From: an uncultured Nitrososphaerota archaeon | GTDB lineage: Archaea > Korarchaeota > Korarchaeia > Korarchaeales > Korarchaeaceae | Direction of reading: 5' to 3' | Length of the DNA: 64,000 nt | Assembly (NCBI GenBank): GCA_964594835.1 | Contig: CAZQNA010000001.1 | Span: 96,001 to 160,000 of the forward strand | Part shown: piece after piece, positions 37,145 to 46,060 of the stretch | Layout of the letters: every line of letters begins with the position of its first letter | How positions within the stretch are numbered: the first letter of the stretch is position 1 | Notes under the pieces: model-generated | Told to the model about the DNA's origin: nothing | Databases searched by the model: none | What the model saw: only the letters and a program-made list of their open reading frames with translations | Made by a program: the position numbers and the translations under genes

Positions 37145-37880
37145 CGCCCACGTCGAGCCAGGTGACCACGGACCCCCTCAGGCCGCCGGAGCCCCCCGGC
37201 CTTACTATGAGGACCCTCCCGGTGGCCGGGTCTCGCCTGATCGAGGCGAATCCCTCCGAGATCAGGAAGCTCAGGACGTAGGCCCGCTCCGCCGCCTCCC
37301 ACGGGTCCCCAGCCCGGACGTACTCCAGGTAGTCGACCTCCCCGCGCTCCTCGAGCGCCTCGGCCAGCCGCCTCGCCTCCAGCTTCAGCCTGCGCTCAAA
37401 CTCCTCCCCAGCTGGGGGAGGCCCGGGGGCCCCCAGCTCGGTGGGCTTGGGCAGCCCCCGACGCCTGTCCGAGGCGGGCGGGAGCTCCATCCAGTACCTC
37501 ACGGCTGCCTCGAGGAAGGCGGGCGTGACCCCCCTGGCCTCTACTATCGGCCTCCACGCCCTTAGGAGGAGCCCGGCCAGGGCCTTAGGCTCCATGGCCT
37601 CGACCTTCAGGGCCACCAAGAGGGGGTCGACGAAGAGCCTCGATGCCCTGTGCTCGATCCACTCCTCCTGCCTCTCGACGACTCGGGACAGCCCGACCAG
37701 GGCCTCCAGGTCGAGGTTGATCTCGTCCCAGCTCCTGAGACGGGGGAACTCCTCCCTCAGCCTCGAGGCCAGCCTCACCACGTTCACGTCGAAGGGGTCC
37801 ACCCTGCCGGAGAGGGCCTCCCTGACAAGCTCCAGGATCCTCTCGAAGAGCTCCCTCCTGGCCCTGCCCGATCGGCTCAC
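37128..37880 (-). CDS. scpA: Kleisin (ScpA-like)
   Basis: N-terminal VDPFDVNV motif; C-terminal wHTH AERAYVLSFLISEG..I; overlaps smc stop. Confidence 0.78.
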   Translation of the reverse strand: MSRSGRARRELFERILELVREALSGRVDPFDVNVVRLASRLREEFPRLRSWDEINLDLEALVGLSRVVERQEEWIEHRASRLFVDPLLVALKVEAMEPKALAGLLLRAWRPIVEARGVTPAFLEAAVRYWMELPPASDRRRGLPKPTELGAPGPPPAGEEFERRLKLEARRLAEALEERGEVDYLEYVRAGDPWEAAERAYVLSFLISEGFASIRRDPATGRVLIVRPGGSGGLRGSVVTWLDVGGGGDG

Positions 37881-39601
37881 GCGCTCACCACCCTCGAGAT
37901 CTCCCCGACCCTCTGGACGAACACCAGGTGGACGGGGCCCTCCACCCTGGGGGGCGGGCCCGGCGTCACCAGGATGCTCTGCCCTCCGGACCTCGCCAGG
38001 ACCCTGGCGAACTCCCTGAGCGCAACCTCCCTCCTCTCCGGGTCCATGTGGACGTCGAACTCGTCTATGACCCTTATTGGGGACCTGACGTGCCTCTGGA
38101 GGCTGAGCATGAAGGCCACAACGGTGGTCGCCCTCTCCCCCCCGCTCAGGGCCCTCGACTCCAGGGGGACCGGGTCCATGCCTCGGAAGCCGGCGGCCAC
38201 CTCGAGCCCCGCCGTCTCAACGTCGTCTCCGTCCACGAGCTTGACGTAGCCGACCCCGCCCAGCCTACCCAGTATCTCCGCGAACTCCCGGTCGACTTCG
38301 GAGATGAGCCCCCTCACCTCGCGCCTCCAGAACTCGGCCCTCTCGCTCAGGGCCTCCAGTAGCCCCCTCCTGTTCTCCTCCAGCCTATTCAGCCTCTCGC
38401 GTATCTCCCTATAGGTCTCCAGGTAGCGGTGGTACATCCTCTCAACGTCCTCCGAGACGTCCCCAAGGGACGCCAGCCGGGCCCCCACAAGCTTGAGCTC
38501 GTCGGCCACCTGCTCCGGATCCCTGAGCCTGCCTGCCGGCCGCTCGAGGTGCTTGGCCTCCCCCTCAAGGGCCGCGAGCTCCGACTCGGCCTTCCTGAGC
38601 CTGGCCCTCAGGCGGGATGCCCTCGCCCTGAGGTCCCTGAGGCGGTATTCCAGGACAGCCCTCTGGACGGCCGATTCGACTATCCGCCCGTGGAGATCGA
38701 GGACCCTCCGCCAGAGTTCTCCCCAACCCCCTTCGACATCCCGGGAGCCCAGCTGGAGGAACTCCCGCTCGAGCCCCTCGAGGGTCTCGCTCAGCTCGGC
38801 GATCTCAGCCTCCACGCCCTCTGACTCCCTCTGGACGGAGTCCAGCTCATCCTCAAGCTGGGAGACCAGCTCCCTCTGACGCTCGTATCGAGCCCACGCG
38901 AGCTCCGCCCTGAGCCTCCTCGCCCTGTCCTCCAGACGCCTCTTCTCCAGGAGCCTATCGTACTTCTCCTTCCACACGCTCAGGGTCTCTTCCGCCCTCC
39001 TCAATAGGTCCTGCGTCTTGGAGACCTCTTCCTCGACGCCGCTGAGCTCTCTCATTGCCTGGAGAACTCTCTTCCTGTACTCGTGCAGCCCGGCCGCCTC
39101 CTCGACCATGACGAGCCTCTCTTCCGGCCCCATGGCGATGAACTCGGACATGGTGCCCTGGTGCATGATCACAAGCATGTTGTCGGGGTCCACGCCCATC
39201 CTCGCCAGCCGGCTGGTCAGCTCGTACTTGTCAACGGTCCTGTAGTTCAGCTCGAACCAGTAGGTGCCGTCGGCCCTGATGTACCTGGACACCCGCACCT
39301 CGTCCTCCCTGAATCCCGGCACGGGGCGCCTCCCGTCGACCGGCCTGTTGTCGAACACCACGGTGACCCTGGCGAGGTTGCTGCCCCTCCTGATCAGGTC
39401 CCTCAGCCTCCTGGACCTCTCGGTCCTCGTCTGGCCGAGGGCGATCGCTATCGCGAGCACGATCGAGGACTTGCCGGCGCCGTTGGGCCCGGCGATCAGG
39501 TTCAGTCCCGGGGCAAACGGTATCCTCGAGTACTCGTGCGACATGAAGTTCTCAAGCACGACCTCCCTGATGTAGGTCCCCCTCGGTCCCCCCTGATCCA
39601 C
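37877..39601 (-). CDS. smc: Short SMC-family ATPase, SMC5/6-related, 574 aa
   Basis: LENFMSH, GPNGAGKS, Q-loop MHQG, long coiled coil, LSGGER, IDEFDVHMD, QSILVTP; GTG start 39601. Confidence 0.9.
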   Translation of the reverse strand: MDQGGPRGTYIREVVLENFMSHEYSRIPFAPGLNLIAGPNGAGKSSIVLAIAIALGQTRTERSRRLRDLIRRGSNLARVTVVFDNRPVDGRRPVPGFREDEVRVSRYIRADGTYWFELNYRTVDKYELTSRLARMGVDPDNMLVIMHQGTMSEFIAMGPEERLVMVEEAAGLHEYRKRVLQAMRELSGVEEEVSKTQDLLRRAEETLSVWKEKYDRLLEKRRLEDRARRLRAELAWARYERQRELVSQLEDELDSVQRESEGVEAEIAELSETLEGLEREFLQLGSRDVEGGWGELWRRVLDLHGRIVESAVQRAVLEYRLRDLRARASRLRARLRKAESELAALEGEAKHLERPAGRLRDPEQVADELKLVGARLASLGDVSEDVERMYHRYLETYREIRERLNRLEENRRGLLEALSERAEFWRREVRGLISEVDREFAEILGRLGGVGYVKLVDGDDVETAGLEVAAGFRGMDPVPLESRALSGGERATTVVAFMLSLQRHVRSPIRVIDEFDVHMDPERREVALREFARVLARSGGQSILVTPGPPPRVEGPVHLVFVQRVGEISRVVSA

Positions 39602-39665
39602 CGGGCCTTCCCACCTCCGGGCCCGGGCAGCCTTTTCAATTTGCCCCGTAACTCGACGCAGAGTC

Positions 39666-40361
39666 ATGGCGCTGGTGGGTAAGGTCTTCAGGGTGGACGC
39701 GGACGTCACCCCCGAGCTGGCCGCAGAGAAGCTCAGGGGGTGGAAGGCAGAGAGGACCATAGCGCGGGGAGACGCAGAGCTCACGCTGAGGATCCAGTCC
39801 GAAGTCACCTCCGTCAGGGAGGGGGAGGTCTGGGGAGAGCTGTACGAGGAGTACCCGGTGCCTCTGTTCGGGAGGGAGGGCGTGAGATACGAGATATCTG
39901 CCCGCGTAATCCCCTTCGTGTTCTTCTGGACCGAGAAGGGGGTTCTCCTGCTGATCCTGGCCAAGAGGCCCAAGGCGAACGCGGCGGCGTCTCTCCTCTC
40001 CAACGCCCTGCTGCTAGGGAGCGGCGGGATGGTCGAGGCCAGGATATCGCACGAGACCCTGAGGAGACTGCACGAGTCGAACCCGGAGGCCACGAAGGTG
40101 GTCTACTTCGACCAGGTGGACCTGCCCAACATAAGGAAGCTCTCCCTGTTCGGGGAGGCGCTCGCGGACACCAACCTCTACCAGGAGTACCTGAGGCACG
40201 GGAAGATATGGTACGTGGTGTTCGAGGACAGGGAGTGGGGCCTCACGGTGGGCGTGACCAGGAACTGCGTGGTGACCGTCTTCACGGCAACCGAGGTTGA
40301 GAATTTCGTGAGGTACGTCCTGGAGAGGATAGTCCCCCTTATGGAGACCCCTCATGAGTGA
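39666..40361 (+). CDS. Conserved hypothetical alpha/beta protein divergent from smc
   Basis: Native-looking codon usage and globular composition; no motif recognised. Confidence 0.75.
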   Translation: MALVGKVFRVDADVTPELAAEKLRGWKAERTIARGDAELTLRIQSEVTSVREGEVWGELYEEYPVPLFGREGVRYEISARVIPFVFFWTEKGVLLLILAKRPKANAAASLLSNALLLGSGGMVEARISHETLRRLHESNPEATKVVYFDQVDLPNIRKLSLFGEALADTNLYQEYLRHGKIWYVVFEDREWGLTVGVTRNCVVTVFTATEVENFVRYVLERIVPLMETPHE

Positions 40362-41638
40362 AACTTAATCCATTGGCGGGGTGGCGGGAGGAGATGCCTG
40401 CGGTGAAGATTGCGGACATCCTGGAGGGGAGGGTCGAGAGGGGGACAGAGGCTCAGATCGAGGGCAAGATAGTTGAGGTCCTACCGACGGCCAAGCTCGG
40501 AGAGGAGACCTACGAGAGGCTCATACTGGACGACGGGACGGGGAGGCTCACCATAGTCGTGAGGGTGACACCGTACTACTTCTTCCCCGGAGACGTGCTC
40601 CGGGTCAGGGGAACCGTCAAGCCCTGCTTCTACATGACGAAGATGACCTGCCTGGAGACCACCGCCGAAGACCTGGAGTTCGTGAGCGAGTACAGGGTTC
40701 CGCTGGCCAGGCGCGAGTCCATGAGCACCATGGGGCCCTTCAAGCTCATGGCCCTGCTCGCGTTCACCAGGCTGGACGATTACCTGATAGACGTCATCCT
40801 GGACACGGAGCTGGATCCCCTTAAGATAGCCGAGGAGGCCGAGAGGTCAGAGAGGCTGGACTGCCTCATCGAGCTCCTTGGCGGGATGACCCTCTACAGC
40901 GTCTTCATCAAGAGCGTCGAGGCCGCAAAAATTACGGAGACGGCCATTCTGCTGGTCAAGCCGAAGGTGGGGGACCCCAGGCTCCTAGGGAAGCTCGAAC
41001 TCATGGAGTCCTTTCTCAGGGCCATGCTGGAGGACCAGGGGTTCAGGCACGTCATAGAGCCCGTCCCAGTCCCGCCCGTCGAGGAGGTCGAGCCCAGGCT
41101 GAGCCCAGAGGAGATGGAGGCGATCAGGCCGCTGGCCGAGGGGGCCAGCGAGGTGGTCAAGGACCTCATCCACGCAGAGGGTCCCCACATAGTGGTCGTG
41201 GACCTCCCCGACGAGGATCCCATGGAGGGCAGGCGCCTCGCCAAGCTGATAGCCTCCATGGCTAAGGCCAGGCTCCTCCTCGTGAGCGTTCACGCGATGA
41301 GGAACAACATGGACGGGGTGATATCTGAGCTGAGGGCCTTGGCAGGCTCTCTCAAGGGTCCAGCCGTGGTTTACCTGGAGGGGATCGAGTTCATGCTCCC
41401 GACCTACCTGTTGAAGTCCGCCATGAGTTCTGAGATGGCCTCTTCGTTCGACGCCTTCACGTCCGAGGTGATCCAGATGCTCGAGAGGCTATCCTCCAGG
41501 CCCGAGGTCCTAGTCTTGGCCGGGACGATATCTCCGGCCATGGTCTCCTCGAGGCTCCTGTCCGTCGCTAGGAAGAAGCTCGCCATGAAGGCGGAGGAGT
41601 CAGAGGAGGAGTCGGAGATGCCCCCCTACATGGGTTGA
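40358..41638 (+). CDS. OB-fold protein fused to an inactivated AAA+-like domain
   Basis: N-terminal GKIVEV..LILDDGTG..GDVLRVRG OB-fold; C-terminal LAKLIAS..PAVVYLEGIE..VLVLAGT AAA scaffold with no GKT. Confidence 0.68.
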   Translation: MKLNPLAGWREEMPAVKIADILEGRVERGTEAQIEGKIVEVLPTAKLGEETYERLILDDGTGRLTIVVRVTPYYFFPGDVLRVRGTVKPCFYMTKMTCLETTAEDLEFVSEYRVPLARRESMSTMGPFKLMALLAFTRLDDYLIDVILDTELDPLKIAEEAERSERLDCLIELLGGMTLYSVFIKSVEAAKITETAILLVKPKVGDPRLLGKLELMESFLRAMLEDQGFRHVIEPVPVPPVEEVEPRLSPEEMEAIRPLAEGASEVVKDLIHAEGPHIVVVDLPDEDPMEGRRLAKLIASMAKARLLLVSVHAMRNNMDGVISELRALAGSLKGPAVVYLEGIEFMLPTYLLKSAMSSEMASSFDAFTSEVIQMLERLSSRPEVLVLAGTISPAMVSSRLLSVARKKLAMKAEESEEESEMPPYMG

Positions 41639-41687
41639 CCGACGGGTTGGGGGCGACACCCGTTATAGCTCTCAACGTTCCCACATC

Positions 41688-41765
41688 CGGGGGGCGGGAT
41701 GACCAGTGCTCCCGGCTGCGAGTCATCGCGGATGAGCTGCCTGGGCTTCGGGGGACCGCCCCCCG
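41688..41765 (+). ncRNA. Structured sRNA candidate (C/D-like)
   Basis: Perfect 10-bp terminal stem CGGGGGGCGG/CCGCCCCCCG, two GGATGA C-like boxes, GCGA and GGGA D-like boxes, upstream TTATA. Confidence 0.55.
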
Positions 41766-41802
41766 AGAACCTTGATTAGGTTCCGAGGGTGGGACTCAAG
41801 GG

Positions 41803-42456
41803 GTGGTGGCCGTGTACGAGATCGGCCCCGTGAAGGTGTCCTGGCTGGGTCACGCGGCCTTCAGGGTCTCGGACTCCGCCGTCGTTTACGTCGATCCCTA
41901 CGAGATTGCCGGGGGGAGGAGGGCCGACGTAGTGCTGATCACGCACGATCACTTCGATCACTGCTCTCCCGAAGACGTCGCCAAGATCGCGAGCCCCGAA
42001 ACCGTCATAGTGGCGCCCGCCCCGTGCCTCAAGAAGCTCGGCGGCCTCCCGGGCAGGAGAGCCGAGGTGTCTCCGGGGACAGAGGTGGACGTGGGCGGCG
42101 TCAAGATAAGGGCGATCCCGGCCTACAACGTGCGCCCCGAGAGGAGGAAGTTTCACCCCAGGGAGAAGGGATACGTCGGATACGTCTTCGAGCTGGACGG
42201 GGTGAAGGTGTACCACGCCGGCGACACCGACCTGATCCCGGAGATGGAGGGGCTCGAGGTCGACGTGGCCCTGCTCCCTGTGAGCGGCACCTACGTGATG
42301 GATCCGGAGGAGGCGGCGAGGGCGGCGGAGGCGATAGGACCGAGGGTCGCTATCCCGATGCACTACGGCTCCATCGTCGGATCCGAGAGGGACGCCCAGA
42401 GGTTCTCCGAGCTCGTGAGCTGCTGCGAGGTCGTCGTACTAAGGCCAGAGGACTGA
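41803..42456 (+). CDS. MBL-fold metallo-hydrolase
   Basis: WLGHA, THDHFDH, YHAGDT, IPMHY. Confidence 0.92.
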   Translation: MVAVYEIGPVKVSWLGHAAFRVSDSAVVYVDPYEIAGGRRADVVLITHDHFDHCSPEDVAKIASPETVIVAPAPCLKKLGGLPGRRAEVSPGTEVDVGGVKIRAIPAYNVRPERRKFHPREKGYVGYVFELDGVKVYHAGDTDLIPEMEGLEVDVALLPVSGTYVMDPEEAARAAEAIGPRVAIPMHYGSIVGSERDAQRFSELVSCCEVVVLRPED

Positions 42457-43044
42457 CCTCCAACCAGCCCTGGGGCTGGTCAAGGCGCCGAGGTAGAGCG
42501 CGGCGGCCTCCTCGAGAGCCTCCGCCCTGGCCGCGGCGATCTCCAGGGTCGGACCGAGCGTCACAGCCCCGTGTCGCTCTATTATGACTGCATTCGAGTC
42601 CCTCAGGGCGTTCGCCACGGCCTCTGCGAGCTCCCAGGTTCCGGCGCGCCTCCAGCGAATGCACCTGACGGCGCCCCCCAGGTAGATGACCCCCTCCTCC
42701 GACATCGGCCTCACCACCCCCGACGTCGTGCCGAGGGTGGTTGAAAGCGGCCCGTGAGTGTGGACCACTGCCCTCGCGTCTGTACGAGCCCTGTAGACGG
42801 CCGCGTGCATTCTCCACTCGGAAGAGGGCTTCCTGCCGGAGGTCTCCACCACCTCGCCGGAGGTGCTCATCAGGACGACGTCCGAGGGGGATAGCGTACC
42901 CTTGTGGGGGCCGGAGGGCGTGATCCAGAACATCTCATCGGAGACCCTGAAGCTCACGTTTCCCCCTGCCGCGGTGACCAGCCCCCGAAGGTACAGGAGT
43001 CTGGACACCCTCACCAGCTCCTCTCTGGGGTCCGCCAGGCTCAC
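42439..43044 (-). CDS. Class II aldolase/adducin family (FucA-like)
   Basis: GNVS, ITPSG, PSSEWRMH, VHTH, RHG; GTG start 43044. Confidence 0.92.
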   Translation of the reverse strand: MSLADPREELVRVSRLLYLRGLVTAAGGNVSFRVSDEMFWITPSGPHKGTLSPSDVVLMSTSGEVVETSGRKPSSEWRMHAAVYRARTDARAVVHTHGPLSTTLGTTSGVVRPMSEEGVIYLGGAVRCIRWRRAGTWELAEAVANALRDSNAVIIERHGAVTLGPTLEIAAARAEALEEAAALYLGALTSPRAGWRSVLWP

Positions 43045-43148
43045 CGAGGGTTTCCGAAGGCAGTCGAAAAAAGGGTTATTCGCGGCTGCCCCCCTCGAAA
43101 CCGCCCGGGGGCCGGAGTCAGAGTGAAAGGGGAAAGATGGGGGGAGGC

Positions 43149-44471
43149 TCACGGCCAGATGCCGCGGAGCCTCATGGCGGCGACTATCCTGTCGATGGCC
43201 AGCCAGTAGGCGGCGGTCCTCATGTCGATGTTCTTCTCCTTGTGGAGGTTGTAGATGTCCCTGAAGGACTTGGTCATCCTGGCCCTGAGCTTCTGCCTGA
43301 CGGTCTCGACGTCCCACCACTCCCTGGTCCTGGCCTGCACCCACTCGAAGTAGCTCACGGTCACGCCGCCCGCGTTGGCCAGCACGTCGGGTATGACGAG
43401 TATGCCCTTCTCGTGGAGCACGAGGTCGGCCTCGGGCGTGGTGGGGCCGTTGGCAGCCTCGGCCACGATCTTGGCCTTGATCCTGTCCGCGTTATCCTTG
43501 GTTATCACGTTCTCGATGGCGGCGGGGATGAGCACGTCGACGTCGAGCTCCAGGAGCTTGGCGTTGCCGACCCTCGGGTCGGGGTCGAGGTTGGTGGCGC
43601 CCGGGAAGTCCTTCACGCTGCCGGTCTCCCTCTTGTGCTTGAGCACCGCGTCGGGGTCGAGGCCGTCGGGGTTGTAGATCGCTCCCCTGCTGTCGCTGAC
43701 GGCCACCACCTTCATGCCGAGCTCGTGCATGAACTTGGCCGAGAAGTAGCCCGCGTTGCCGTAGCCCTGCACGGCGGCGGTCGCCTTCTTCGGGTCGATG
43801 TTCAGGACCTTGATGGCCTCCTCCACGGTGTACTGCAGGCCCCTGGCGGTCGCCTCCGTCCTGCCCTCGCTGCCGCCCAGCTCCAGCGGCTTGCCCGTGA
43901 TAACGCCGGGCTCGGGGTAGCCGACGATCTGGCTGTAGGTGTCGTAGATCCAGGCCATCTCCCTAGGGCTGGTGTAGACGTCGGGTGCGGGGATGTCCCT
44001 GTCGACGCCTATGATAGGGGCAATCGCCCAGGTGAACCTCCTGGTGAGCCTCTCGAGCTCGTTGAGGCTGAGCTTGTGCGGGTCAACCCTGATTCCGCCC
44101 TTGGATCCGCCGTAGGGGATGTCGACCACGGCGGTCTTGATGCTCATCCAGGCGGCGAGGGCCTTAACCTCGTCCTCGTTCACCGCGGGGTGGTACCTGA
44201 TGCCTCCCTTGCAGGGACCCCTAGCGTCGTTGTGCTGGACCCTCCATCCCACGAAGAGTTCAATGCTTCCGTCGTCCATCTTGACGGGCAGCTGGACCTC
44301 GAGGATCCTCTTGGGGGTGGCAAGTATCTTGTAATAGCCCGGGTCGAGGCCCATGATCTTGGCGGACCTCTCCAGCAGCTTCAGGAAGTTGAACCAGGGG
44401 TTCATTTCCGAGGGGGCGGCCCCTCCCGTAATCCGGAACATCTCCTCAGCAGATGGAATCACGGTCCCCAT
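43149..44471 (-). CDS. gdhA: Glutamate dehydrogenase
   Basis: RGPCKGGIRY, GGSKGG, PAPD, TGKP, QGYGNAG, EAANGP, NAGGVTVSYFEW; ATG 44471 has a GGTGA SD. Confidence 0.96.
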   Translation of the reverse strand: MGTVIPSAEEMFRITGGAAPSEMNPWFNFLKLLERSAKIMGLDPGYYKILATPKRILEVQLPVKMDDGSIELFVGWRVQHNDARGPCKGGIRYHPAVNEDEVKALAAWMSIKTAVVDIPYGGSKGGIRVDPHKLSLNELERLTRRFTWAIAPIIGVDRDIPAPDVYTSPREMAWIYDTYSQIVGYPEPGVITGKPLELGGSEGRTEATARGLQYTVEEAIKVLNIDPKKATAAVQGYGNAGYFSAKFMHELGMKVVAVSDSRGAIYNPDGLDPDAVLKHKRETGSVKDFPGATNLDPDPRVGNAKLLELDVDVLIPAAIENVITKDNADRIKAKIVAEAANGPTTPEADLVLHEKGILVIPDVLANAGGVTVSYFEWVQARTREWWDVETVRQKLRARMTKSFRDIYNLHKEKNIDMRTAAYWLAIDRIVAAMRLRGIWP

Positions 44472-44703
44472 GCCGGTCACCCTGCGGGCCGCGCCCGCGC
44501 TGTGTGTGTGGCGAGTTTTCATTAAAAAGATTGACACATTCCCTCGATCTCAGAGCTCTCATCCCCTCGTGCTGAGATGGTGGATTTAATCGGCTCAAGC
44601 AGTCGGATACTCGCCTGGACTGCTTAAAATTTGGATCTGAGGTTTTTGGGGGGACTCCCTGGAGGAATGATACGTTAATTTCCAACGGCTCGCCTAACAC
44701 CGA

Positions 44704-45930
44704 GTGTCCGCGCGCTCGAGGGTTCCACTTGTTGTGGCCAAGGGTCGGAGGACGGGGCCCGAGCACGAGGCGGCCGCACTAACCCTGTTCGCTTGGAAGA
44801 ATTCCAAGAGAGGTAGGTTTCCCTGGTCCAAGTTGGAGAAGCCGTGGGGGATAGGGATAGTCGAGCTGAGGCTTGATGTCCTCGAGGTCGGGGGGCGTTG
44901 GAGGGTCCTCTGGGATCCCTCTGGCCTCCTCTCCCTGAGGCTCTCGATGGCCGACAGGGAGTCGCTGGCCTCGGCGCTCAGCTTCCTGGAGGAGGCCATC
45001 GTGGCGAGCCCCGAGTCGCTCACGAAATCCGTTGAGTTCTCCTACTCCAGGATAAGGGCCTCCAGGAGGGAGCTAGAACTCACCGGAATCCCAGACCCCA
45101 GGATCATTAGCTGGGTTGCCTCTGAGGTCGGCGAACACGAGGGCCTCCCGGGCGGGGCGCTGCCGCCGTCCCTCAGTGAGAGGAGGGCTAGAGACACCTT
45201 CAGGGCCCTTAGGGAGATGGCCGGTGATCTGAGGAGGGATGTTGAGCTGATCAAGAGATATCGGGCCAAGCTGGAGGCGCTGATCAGCTCCGTGAGGAGT
45301 CTGGAGGAGTCGGAGAAGTCGGCGGTCTCCAGGGCGTACGCGGCCAGGCTCGCCGAGGCGGAGGTCCACCTCTCGGGCGATGAGCTCGCCCTTAGGAGGA
45401 GCCAGCTCAACTCAGAGCGGCAGGAGAGGATCTCGGAGATAGAATCCAAGTACGGCAGGCTCCTCGATGCCCTTGAAAATCTATCTCAGGAGCTGGAGGA
45501 GGAGCTGAAGTCGAGGGAGCTTATGATCTCCCTCAGCGAGCGCGCGGGGGAGGTTCAGCCAGCCTCGGTCCCTATGGGAATCGTCCTCTTCGGTCGCGGG
45601 AAGAGGCAGAGGCTTGAGATGCTCGCGCCCTGTGAGCTGACGGAGCCGGGCCTAGGAACCAAGCTGAGGAGGGTCTTCGGCGGTCGCCCGATCCCGCTGG
45701 AGCCGAGAGGCTGGGGAGAGGCCGTGGTCGCCAGGGTGAGGGAGGCCGCCGACGAGAGGAGCATGATACACTCCGGGCTCGTTACGATCGTGGAGAGGAA
45801 GAACCTCCTCCGGAGCCCCAACTTCGTTGAGCTCTCCGGCGCGGGCCTCCTGAAGTTCGCCGAGTGGGGCTACTTGCCGGATGAGTGGGTTGGAGAGGCC
45901 TTGGCCGTCGTCGTGGGTGAGGGCGAGTGA
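44704..45930 (+). CDS. Hypothetical protein with central coiled coil
   Basis: Fills the gap; heptad-rich middle; no motif recognised. Confidence 0.65.
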   Translation: MSARSRVPLVVAKGRRTGPEHEAAALTLFAWKNSKRGRFPWSKLEKPWGIGIVELRLDVLEVGGRWRVLWDPSGLLSLRLSMADRESLASALSFLEEAIVASPESLTKSVEFSYSRIRASRRELELTGIPDPRIISWVASEVGEHEGLPGGALPPSLSERRARDTFRALREMAGDLRRDVELIKRYRAKLEALISSVRSLEESEKSAVSRAYAARLAEAEVHLSGDELALRRSQLNSERQERISEIESKYGRLLDALENLSQELEEELKSRELMISLSERAGEVQPASVPMGIVLFGRGKRQRLEMLAPCELTEPGLGTKLRRVFGGRPIPLEPRGWGEAVVARVREAADERSMIHSGLVTIVERKNLLRSPNFVELSGAGLLKFAEWGYLPDEWVGEALAVVVGEGE

Positions 45931-45981
45931 TCCCCGAGATCCCTGGGGCGAGGCTTTTATCTCCAGACTCCGATGGGGTGA

Positions 45982-46048
45982 GGGGCCGATGAGGGTAGCT
46001 CGCTAGGTCCGCCGACCCGTGACGACCCTGGATCCCTCCCGAGGCCCC
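45982..46048 (+). ncRNA. C/D-like (K-turn) sRNA candidate convergent with the tmcA-ASCH operon
   Basis: GGGGCC/GGCCCC stem; C CGATGA 45987-45992, D' CCGA 46012-46015, C' GTGACGA 46019-46025, D CCGA 46039-46042; upstream CTTTTAT. Confidence 0.65.
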
Positions 46049-46060
46049 GCCCAGGACGTC

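Noticed and set aside
36563-39601. Wadjet (JetABCD) or Rad50-Mre11 assignment
   Set aside because: No Toprim JetD or Mre11 adjacent, no zinc hook, and the motifs match SMC5/6 better
39602-40093. N-terminal extension of SMC in the ORF track (738 aa)
   Set aside because: Overlaps the real divergent gene at 39666; SMC homology begins after GTG 39601
43045-43344. N-terminal extension of the class II aldolase
   Set aside because: Runs through the gdhA 3' end and the intergenic region; homology starts at 43044
43137-44525. 462-aa + strand ORF mirroring gdhA
   Set aside because: Antisense shadow caused by GC-rich codon bias; the - strand has all GDH motifs
45982-46048. tRNA-like GTAGCTC..AGGT segment
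   Set aside because: No T-loop or cloverleaf; fits a K-turn sRNA better
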